Source: Candidatus Latescibacterota bacterium (lineage in GTDB: Bacteria > Latescibacterota > UBA2968 > UBA8231). Taken from it: DNA of 64,000 nucleotides. The stretch is from contig OZ244561.1 in the NCBI GenBank assembly GCA_965217585.1, positions 1,088,001 to 1,152,000 of the forward strand, written 5' to 3'. Below are positions 29,245 to 36,878 of the stretch, piece by piece (the stretch's first letter is position 1; every line of letters begins with the position of its first letter). The notes below the pieces were generated by a model. It saw only the letters and a program-made list of their open reading frames with translations, did no database searches and was not told the origin of the DNA. Both the position numbers and the translations under genes were made by a program.

Positions 29245-31437
29245 GTGAAGTATTTGATCGGCTGTTTCATCGGATTGGTGCTGAGCGTGAGCGTCGGCGC
29301 AGAATCTCTCCTTGAAGGCCGGGTGCGGCTGTCGTCTGGGCAGCCAGCCATTGGCGCACAGGTGCGGCTGTTTGACTTGACCGATCTGCGTCGGTTTGTC
29401 GGCACGACCACGGACGAGACTGGGCGTTTCGCACTGCCGCTGCGAGCACTCTCTACGGCAAGGGGCACGGCTCTGCCGACCGACTTTGCGCTGGGGCAGA
29501 ATTACCCCAATCCGTTCAATCCTTCGACTGTCATTCCCTATCAATTGCCGACGGCTGCTCATGTGCGGCTGGAGGTGTTCAATCTGCTGGGGCAGCGTTT
29601 GGCGACGTTAGTGGATGGGGTGCGGTCGGCAGGGGTGCATATGGTGCAATGGGATGCTACGGATGCAGCGGGGCGAGCCGTGGGCGCAGGGGTGTATATC
29701 TACCGGCTGAGCAGCGATGATCAGACGGAGAGTCGGCGGATGGTGTTGGTGGATGGGCAGGCCGGGATTCCAGCGGCTCAGGGGCCGGTGCGGTCGGCGG
29801 TCGAGGATTTAGTGGCAGCGGATGGCTCGGTCTATGGGCTGACTATCTCGGGCGAAGGATTGGTTGCGTATGTGAACCCGGCTTTTCGGATGGGGATTGA
29901 CGGGGCGGACATTGTGATCGAAGAGCACGGCGGCATCCCACGAATGAAGGTGGCCGCGGGCGGGTTATTAGGGGATGTGAACAACGATGGGCAAGTCGAT
30001 ATCTCGGATGTGCTGTACATACTATTATATATTATGGCAGACTCCTCCATTATTCTTCCCAACAACGGCGACATTTCCCTCGGCGATATAAACAACGATG
30101 GCACGGTCGATTTGGCCGACCTCTTGCTCCTCGTCCGCTACACCGACAATCCGTCCGATCCGACGTTGCCGCTGATCGGCGATGATCATGGCGACGCGCT
30201 CTCTGAGGCGACGGAGGTGCCTTTGGGGAGTTCGACTGTTGGCTCGATATCGGAGGGTGATGTGGATTATTTTCGCCTTGAGATGAGCACTGCGGGCGTC
30301 TTGTCGGCTTCTGTGACGAGCAGCATGGGTGCCTACACCTTCATTTTGGATAGCTCTGGCAACATCTTGGCTAGGGATGGCGATTCCGATGCGGGTTTCA
30401 ATTTCCAAATTCTTGTTCCCGTCAGTTCAGGTACTTACTACATCCATGTAGAGGCGTACAGATCGACGACAGACTATACGCTTGATGTGCGGAGTCTCAG
30501 CAGCGCTAGCAACATCGCAACGAACCTCACCCAGAACGCCAGTGACGACTGGGCTCCTGTTTGGTCTCCCGACGGCCAACGCCTCGCCTTCGCGTCCAAT
30601 CGCGATGGCAACACAGAGGTCTATGTCATGGCCGCCGACGGCACCAACCCCACCAACCTCACACAGAACGCCGACACCGACGGGTGGAATCTCGTTTGGT
30701 CCCCCAACGGCCAACGCCTCGCCTTCACGTCTGAGCGCGACGGCAACACGGAGGTCTATGTGATGGCCGCCGACGGTACCGATCCCACCAACCTGACCCA
30801 AAACGCTGGCGACGACTGGGCTCCTGTATGGTCTCCCGACGGCCAGCGCCTCGCCTTCGCGTCCAATCGCGATGGCAACACAGAGGTCTATGTCATGGCT
30901 GCCGACGGCACCGACCCCACCAACCTCACGCAGAACGTCGGTGACGACTGGGCTCCTGTTTGGTCTCCCGACGGCCAACGCCTCGCCTTCGCGTCCAATC
31001 GCGACGGCAACACAGAGGTCTATGTCATGGCTGCCGACGGTACCGACCCCACCAACCTGACCCAAAACGCTGGCGACGACTGGGCTCCTGTTTGGTCTCC
31101 CGACGGCCAGCGCCTCGCCTTCGCGTCCAATCGCGATGGCAACATAGAGGTCTATGTCATGGCTGCCGACGGCACCGACCCCACTAGCCTCACATACCAC
31201 TTCAGCGGTGAGTGGGCTCCTGTATGGTCTCCGGATGGCCAACGCCTCGCCTTCTTGTCCGATCGCGATGGCAACACGGAGGTCTATGTGATGTCCGCCG
31301 ACGGCAGCAACCCAACCAACCTCACGCAGAACGTCGGTGACGACTGGTCTCCTGTATGGTCTCCGGATGGCCAACGCCTCGCCTTCTTGTCCAATCGCGA
31401 CGGCAACACAGAGGTTTATGTCGTAGACGTCGACTAG
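29245..31437 (+). CDS. Secreted protein: carboxypeptidase-regulatory-like + FlgD-like + dockerin/EF-hand + PPC-like + 7 PD40 (TolB-like) repeats
   Basis: Signal peptide, QNYPNPFN, GDVNNDGQVDISD and GDINNDGTVDLAD, DDHGD..GDVDYFR, 7x WSP(D/N)GQRLAF in ~132-bp DNA repeats. Confidence 0.88.
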   Translation: MKYLIGCFIGLVLSVSVGAESLLEGRVRLSSGQPAIGAQVRLFDLTDLRRFVGTTTDETGRFALPLRALSTARGTALPTDFALGQNYPNPFNPSTVIPYQLPTAAHVRLEVFNLLGQRLATLVDGVRSAGVHMVQWDATDAAGRAVGAGVYIYRLSSDDQTESRRMVLVDGQAGIPAAQGPVRSAVEDLVAADGSVYGLTISGEGLVAYVNPAFRMGIDGADIVIEEHGGIPRMKVAAGGLLGDVNNDGQVDISDVLYILLYIMADSSIILPNNGDISLGDINNDGTVDLADLLLLVRYTDNPSDPTLPLIGDDHGDALSEATEVPLGSSTVGSISEGDVDYFRLEMSTAGVLSASVTSSMGAYTFILDSSGNILARDGDSDAGFNFQILVPVSSGTYYIHVEAYRSTTDYTLDVRSLSSASNIATNLTQNASDDWAPVWSPDGQRLAFASNRDGNTEVYVMAADGTNPTNLTQNADTDGWNLVWSPNGQRLAFTSERDGNTEVYVMAADGTDPTNLTQNAGDDWAPVWSPDGQRLAFASNRDGNTEVYVMAADGTDPTNLTQNVGDDWAPVWSPDGQRLAFASNRDGNTEVYVMAADGTDPTNLTQNAGDDWAPVWSPDGQRLAFASNRDGNIEVYVMAADGTDPTSLTYHFSGEWAPVWSPDGQRLAFLSDRDGNTEVYVMSADGSNPTNLTQNVGDDWSPVWSPDGQRLAFLSNRDGNTEVYVVDVD

Positions 31438-31481
31438 CTCAGTCTTCGGGGGCGAGATACGCTTCGGTGCCCTGAATTGCT

Positions 31482-31711
31482 TCCACGCCAAGGACCTGCG
31501 CACCATAAACGGCCCAAAGCTCGAATTCGAGTACGCGCCAATCGGCGAGGGAGACGTGGACTACCCGACGATCCTGCGCAACCTGCGCGACAACCGCTGC
31601 GACGTCGTCCTGTTGATCGCCACTCACTTTCTACCGGCAAGCGGCTCGCGGCTCGAAGCCATGCAGACGGACTACGCCAACATCCGCAGGCTAATCGACG
31701 AGTTGTCGTAG
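31482..31711 (+). pseudogene. Third, 5'-truncated copy of the epimerase gene (last 230 bp)
   Basis: Encodes HAKDLRTINGPKLEFEYAPIGEGDVDYPTILRNL...IRRLIDELS*; downstream TATCGCTTCACT shared with copy 1. Confidence 0.92.
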
Positions 31712-31840
31712 ATTCTATCGCTTCACTCGAAACGCACTTCCGGGCCGACGGATCGCTTCACTGACAACCTATAAGCGCGTTTGGAGTTCGACCAAGCGAC
31801 GGATGCAATCCGGTGCTTATCGCCGTAGCGAAAAAATTTC

Positions 31841-31869
31841 TTGACATCTTGTCTTACATTGAATAGGCT
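31841..31869 (+). promoter_or_regulatory. Putative sigma70 promoter for the downstream island
   Basis: A-tract followed by TTGACA-17bp-TAGGCT; AAGGAGG RBS before 31950. Confidence 0.55.
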
Positions 31870-31949
31870 GTCTATTTTTCATCGTCCTGTAGGATACCCT
31901 ATCCCGGCTGGAGACGGCCTGTTTCCACTCAATCTAAGGAGGAAGAATC

Positions 31950-32471
31950 ATGCTTCGTGTTGTCCTAACTTCGTTCACGGCGATTGCCCTTATGGGAATG
32001 GCCGGATGCGCGACCCTCTTGAAAGGAAATTCTGCCCCGGTAAGCGTAAACTCAGTTCCGGGAGGAGCTAAGGTCGAGTTTCGATTAACGAGTGGCCGCG
32101 TGCTTGATGGCAATGTAGCTACTCTGCCTGTCGTACAGGCAGGCTTAACCCCGATGAGTGTCAAACTGGCCAAAGGCAAGGAATACGCCGTTACCATCAG
32201 CCTTGAAGGCTATCAGACCGTTACGCGCCTAGTTGCAAAGGGTAGCGTGGAAACGGTGGCATTCTGCAATGGGCTCAATATGGGAGGTTGGGCCATCGAC
32301 TACGTAACCGGTTCGCTGTTCAAACTCGAACCGAATACGATCAACGTATCGCTGCAGAAAGTCACCGCCACGAGTGGAGACGATGAGGTTATCTATGCCT
32401 TCTTGACGATTGTCGACGAGGACGGCAAGCAATCGCATACCGCTGTTGAGATGACGCCCCTAGCTAACTAA
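31950..32471 (+). CDS. PEGA-domain lipoprotein
   Basis: Lipobox MAGC-ATL; VNSVPGGAKV...GLTP...Y.VTISLEGY; AIDYVTG. Confidence 0.75.
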   Translation: MLRVVLTSFTAIALMGMAGCATLLKGNSAPVSVNSVPGGAKVEFRLTSGRVLDGNVATLPVVQAGLTPMSVKLAKGKEYAVTISLEGYQTVTRLVAKGSVETVAFCNGLNMGGWAIDYVTGSLFKLEPNTINVSLQKVTATSGDDEVIYAFLTIVDEDGKQSHTAVEMTPLAN

Positions 32472-32483
32472 AACCCCTTACAA

Positions 32484-32515
32484 GCAAGCAAAGACGCCAA
32501 TGCGTCTTTGCTTGC
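32484..32515. terminator. Perfect 14-bp stem hairpin (terminator-like, no U-tract)
   Basis: GCAAGCAAAGACGC-CAAT-GCGTCTTTGCTTGC directly after the PEGA gene. Confidence 0.55.
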
Positions 32516-32553
32516 CTACAGGAAGGTATTCAGAAGACAGAAAGGCACGACCT

Positions 32554-33372
32554 ATGCTTAGCCGCTCGAAACAAGGAAAGACTACTATCATTCTACGTCT
32601 TATCTTGATTATGTGTCTAACTGCTTCTGTGGCGGTCTCGCAAGTTTTCGCCCAGCAAATGGAAGATGTCGTTTACTTGAAGAATGGAGGGGTCGTTCGC
32701 GGAACTATCGTTGAGCAGATTCCGGGCGAATCGCTAAAGATACAGACGCGAGATGGAAACGTGCTCGTCTTCACGATGGATGAGATTGACAAATTGTCTA
32801 AGGATATACCCAAGGTGCCCAAGGAACCAGTGATGGGGGTTTTTGGTGTCGACATCCCCTCCTCGGCAAGTGCAGATCCTAAAAAAAGTACCGGAATCGG
32901 TTTGAGTCTAGGTGTTATAGTTCAATCAGATGAGAATGTCTTCTTTGGCACTAGAACAGACCTCTATCCCGAAATGACAATCTACCATGAGAACTCCAAC
33001 TTGAGGGTTGGAGGTACTGTAGGTTTTATCTGGCGCTATAGGTTTGGATATAAGACTGACACTTACTGGAATGATGATGTTATCGGGTGGGATGTCGAGT
33101 ATGTTGAGGCGACCATAACAATTATTCCAATCATGACACGTTTGGATGTTCTCATATCTCCAATTTTTTTAGGTATTGGTGTGGGATATTACGCTTCATT
33201 AGAAGATGGCCCACCCTCCCAACCAGCGGTGGCATTACGTTTTGGGGCGGATATTATATCAAATTCAAACATTACAATTATACTTGATGTTCGATACGAG
33301 CATACGTTTGATGAGCCACAGTTGGGGGGGATTATAGCGACTGTCGGCGGAAATCTTAAAATTTTGGATTAG
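32554..33372 (+). CDS. Secreted protein: conserved N-module (EDVVYLKNG..RGTI.EQIPGE) + outer-membrane beta-barrel-like C-terminus; start uncertain (32554 ATG or 32590 ATT)
   Basis: Signal ending SQVFAQQ; alternating amphipathic strands in the C-half. Confidence 0.62.
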   Translation: MLSRSKQGKTTIILRLILIMCLTASVAVSQVFAQQMEDVVYLKNGGVVRGTIVEQIPGESLKIQTRDGNVLVFTMDEIDKLSKDIPKVPKEPVMGVFGVDIPSSASADPKKSTGIGLSLGVIVQSDENVFFGTRTDLYPEMTIYHENSNLRVGGTVGFIWRYRFGYKTDTYWNDDVIGWDVEYVEATITIIPIMTRLDVLISPIFLGIGVGYYASLEDGPPSQPAVALRFGADIISNSNITIILDVRYEHTFDEPQLGGIIATVGGNLKILD

Positions 33373-33393
33373 GTCTTTAACAGGAGTCTATAT

Positions 33394-34785
33394 ATGAAAA
33401 AACTCGCCGCTCTCCTTTTTTGCCTGATAGTCCCACCAGCACTAGCGGACGACAATACTAGCGCCAATAGTCTGTTGGTAGAAGCTGTCCAGCTCATTCA
33501 GGCCGCTGAAGACGAGACAGCGGCGCAGAAAAAACTCAACCTGCTGAAGCAGGCGCACGGCAATCTCCAGACGATTATGGACGACTATCCCTCTACCGAT
33601 CTGGCCGTCAGGCTGATTACGGGACAGCAGATCGGAGATCTTTCGCTGGCGGGTGTCGTCGAGGCGGTTGAGGCGGCGAAAGAGGTGGTTGAGGAGCCGA
33701 AAGAGGCGGTTGAGGAGCCGAAAAGGGAGATATGTTGGGAGTCCCCGACGTACGCATGTGTCATGTCGTTCGCTCTCGTCACGGCAGATTCGATTAAATA
33801 TGCCAGTTTCCGTGCATTGGCGCTTAACGTGATAGCAGTGGCTCAGGCGGAAGCCGGGCAGGTCGATCAAGCTCAGCAGACTTGGAAGCAAGCCAAAGCT
33901 TCGGCAGAGTCGATAGACAATGCTGTTCGTTCTGCGTCGGTGCTCCGTGCGATAGCATCAGCGCAGGCAGAAGCCGGGCAGATCGATCAAGCTCTTTCCC
34001 GGCAGATCGATCAAGCTTCGGCGAAGTCGATTAGCAGGCTCGAAGATCGTGCTGTGGCACTCAGCGCGATAGCAGTGGCTCAGGCGCAAGCTGGGCAGAT
34101 CGATCAAGCCCAGCAGACTTGGAAACAAGCCAAAGCTTCGGCGAAGTCGATTAGCAGGCTCGAAGATCGTGCTGTGGCACTCAGCGCGATAGCAGTGGCT
34201 CAGGCGCAAGCCGGGCAGATCGATCAAGCCCAGCAGACTTGGAAGCAAGCCAAAACTTCGGTGAGGAGGTCGATTCTTCCGCACCCACTCGGCCCACATA
34301 GCAGAATCGAAGATTATGTGGCGGCACTCAACGCAATAGCAGTGTCGCAGGCGCAAGCCGGGCAGATCGATCAAGCTCAGCAGACTTGGAAGCAAGCCAA
34401 AGTTTGGGCGAAGCCGAGAAGGATCAAAGATCCTGTGGCGGCACTCAGCGCGATAGCAGTAGCGCAGGCGCAAGCCGGGCAGATCGATCAAGCTCTTGGC
34501 ACAGTAAAGTCGATTAGCAGGCTCGAAGATCGTGATGTAACACTCAGCGCGATAGCAGTAGCGCAGGCGGAGGCCGGGCAGATTGATCAAGCTCTTGGCA
34601 CGGCAAGGTCGATTAGTAGGCTTGAAGATCGTGCTGCGGTGTTCCGCGCGATAGCAGTAGCGCAGGCGCAAGCCGGGCAATTCAAGCAGGCTCTTGTCAC
34701 AGCAAGGTCGATTGAATTTGTCGATGATCGTGCAATGGCACTTGGCGCAATTGCCGGTGCTCTGGCCCAAGCAGAAGGTCAGTAA
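33394..34785 (+). CDS. Secreted TPR-like alpha-helical repeat protein
   Basis: Signal peptide; about 8 repeats ALSAIAVAQAQAGQIDQA; near-perfect 120-bp tandem at 34015-34254. Confidence 0.8.
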   Translation: MKKLAALLFCLIVPPALADDNTSANSLLVEAVQLIQAAEDETAAQKKLNLLKQAHGNLQTIMDDYPSTDLAVRLITGQQIGDLSLAGVVEAVEAAKEVVEEPKEAVEEPKREICWESPTYACVMSFALVTADSIKYASFRALALNVIAVAQAEAGQVDQAQQTWKQAKASAESIDNAVRSASVLRAIASAQAEAGQIDQALSRQIDQASAKSISRLEDRAVALSAIAVAQAQAGQIDQAQQTWKQAKASAKSISRLEDRAVALSAIAVAQAQAGQIDQAQQTWKQAKTSVRRSILPHPLGPHSRIEDYVAALNAIAVSQAQAGQIDQAQQTWKQAKVWAKPRRIKDPVAALSAIAVAQAQAGQIDQALGTVKSISRLEDRDVTLSAIAVAQAEAGQIDQALGTARSISRLEDRAAVFRAIAVAQAQAGQFKQALVTARSIEFVDDRAMALGAIAGALAQAEGQ

Positions 34786-34797
34786 CCAAAGGTAGCT

Positions 34798-35313
34798 ATG
34801 CAACGCAAGACATTACTTCTTGCAACTTCTGCTCGAAGATTGAATACTTCGCAGCTTTCTCGCGAGCAGGTGTTCGGCATCGTCATTCTGCTCCTAGTCT
34901 TTCTGCCCCGCACTTGTTTATCTAGTGAACATAGCTCCACGCTCGATGCGCCGTGGGAGCCCGAGGATCTGCCAGTAGCTGAATCGGTTAGCTCGACCGA
35001 ACCTCCCCAAGAACCAGCTTTACTTAAACCCCTCGCTCAATCAGCCATTCAGTTCTACCGACAGCGCATAGCGATTGAATCGACCGACCGCTGTCCATTC
35101 CACATTTCGTGTTCGCGCTTCGCCGAAAAGGCCGTTCAGCGGTTCGGCTTTGTCCGCGGAATCGCCCTGTTCATTGACCGACACTTCTTTCGCGAGCACG
35201 TGGGTGCCCGGCAATACTATTCGCTGCGCGAGACTTTGGTGAATAACCGCATTAAGCTGAAGCTAGACGATTCGTTCTATTTAGCTGACAAGCGAGGCGA
35301 AATTGCAGATTAA
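34798..35313 (+). CDS. YidD-like (membrane protein insertion efficiency factor/haemolytic domain) protein with N-terminal extension
   Basis: IQFYRQRI...CPFHISCSRFAEKAVQRFG..RG motif. Confidence 0.68.
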   Translation: MQRKTLLLATSARRLNTSQLSREQVFGIVILLLVFLPRTCLSSEHSSTLDAPWEPEDLPVAESVSSTEPPQEPALLKPLAQSAIQFYRQRIAIESTDRCPFHISCSRFAEKAVQRFGFVRGIALFIDRHFFREHVGARQYYSLRETLVNNRIKLKLDDSFYLADKRGEIAD

Positions 35314-36211
35314 GTTGATCGTCTCGTGCGCGGTGCTGTTGTTCGTGCCTCATGCGTTGCTAGGATACAACACAGCATCCTCCGAAGAGTTGCTTGGTTA
35401 TGCCAATAGTCTCGTAGAACAGCGGGACTATTATCGAGGTATTTCCGTGCTCAAGTACGTCGCCTATTTTGCCGAAGATCAGCAGACGAAGGCCGTGTGT
35501 CTCTTCAAAATCGGCGAGGCATACCAGAAGAGTCGGAAATACAAATCTTCGGTGGAGTATCTAGAGCGATACCTCGATGGCGCGGCGGAGGATACACTCC
35601 GCTATAGGGCCTATATGTATCTCGGCACGAACTATCTGCAACTCAGCCGCTACCATGAAGCGTTAGCGAATTTTTCTCGGGCCGAAGAGATGAAGAATGA
35701 TGGGGCGGGGTTGATGTGGGCGGCTTATGGCACGGTTCAACAGGGAAAATTCGATGCGGCATCTGACGTACTCAGATCAATCATGAGAGATCATACAGGA
35801 GAAGACATTGCGGCCAGTTCACAGGAAATTTTGCAAGAGATCGCAAACTACCAAGCCTCGCGTCGGAGTGCCCGCACTGCGTCAGTACTCTCCGCGTTGT
35901 GTCCAGGCCTCGGTCAACTATATGCCCGCCACTACTACGATGCGGCACAGGCTTTTGTACTGGTCAACAGCTTCGCCTATATGACGTACGCTAGCTTTCG
36001 GCTCGGCGCATTAAACGAACAGAGCCACCTCGTCACCGGCCTCAGCGCCGCGGTGACCGGAATTTTCCACTATGCCAACATACTCGGGGCTGGCCGCACA
36101 GCAGCCTACAGAAACAAGCGCAACCTCGACCGCTCCTTGAAACGGATACGATTTCTGATTCGCAGCAACTCTGGTCTCGCGCCGGGCTTGGGGTTCTCGT
36201 TTTCGCTATGA
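35303..36211 (+). CDS. TPR-repeat protein with C-terminal membrane domain
   Basis: Signal peptide, TPR helices (FKIGEAYQK, YLGTNYLQL), ASVLSALCPGLGQLY + TM segments. Confidence 0.72.
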   Translation: MQIKLIVSCAVLLFVPHALLGYNTASSEELLGYANSLVEQRDYYRGISVLKYVAYFAEDQQTKAVCLFKIGEAYQKSRKYKSSVEYLERYLDGAAEDTLRYRAYMYLGTNYLQLSRYHEALANFSRAEEMKNDGAGLMWAAYGTVQQGKFDAASDVLRSIMRDHTGEDIAASSQEILQEIANYQASRRSARTASVLSALCPGLGQLYARHYYDAAQAFVLVNSFAYMTYASFRLGALNEQSHLVTGLSAAVTGIFHYANILGAGRTAAYRNKRNLDRSLKRIRFLIRSNSGLAPGLGFSFSL

Positions 36212-36333
36212 ATCCTATCTACAAATATCCGTACTGCATGGATTGATATCGTAGCCAAGACCTACGAGCCGATCTGTTCTTTTTTTACATTTGAGGGCTT
36301 GAGGTGCTGCCCTCACCCACAGGAGGAGATGTA

Positions 36334-36849
36334 ATGCTACGTTTTACTTTGTTCACATGCCTGATAGCTTTTGCAGCGACTTCGCAAGTTTTCGCCCAGC
36401 AATCAGCTGAAATCGGAACGCTGCTTTCCCTAAGTCATTTAAGGGCTTCATCATACTGGGGAGAGACAGAGACAAACACAATCATTGGTGTGCCAAGCGT
36501 GTTAAGCATTTGGTTGATTCCGAGTGAGTACGTGGCGATTGGTTCAGAAATCAGCTTTGCATCAGTCGATACCGACTTTTTTTCTCTCTTGCTAGGAGGA
36601 CAGGCCGCATTCTTTCCGATAAGTAATCAGCATTCTGGTATCTACGCACTTGGGACAGGCTCTCTAGCTACAGTTAGAAATTTCGGATCAACCGACACCG
36701 ACATCATTGCCGGCATCGGTATGGGTTTACGCGCACGTATAGGGTCTGCTCTTGTCCTGCGGACGGAAGGACGGTATGAACGCTGGTTTGAGCAAAAAGT
36801 TAATCAATTCTCGTTATTATTCGGACTTGGCACCAGACTGGGTGGATAA
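36334..36849 (+). CDS. Small outer-membrane beta-barrel-like protein
   Basis: AGGAGG RBS, signal ending SQVFAQQ, amphipathic strands, terminal FGLGTRL. Confidence 0.62.
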   Translation: MLRFTLFTCLIAFAATSQVFAQQSAEIGTLLSLSHLRASSYWGETETNTIIGVPSVLSIWLIPSEYVAIGSEISFASVDTDFFSLLLGGQAAFFPISNQHSGIYALGTGSLATVRNFGSTDTDIIAGIGMGLRARIGSALVLRTEGRYERWFEQKVNQFSLLFGLGTRLGG

Positions 36850-36878
36850 TCCTTTCATTGGCTTAAGAGGCTGTAACT

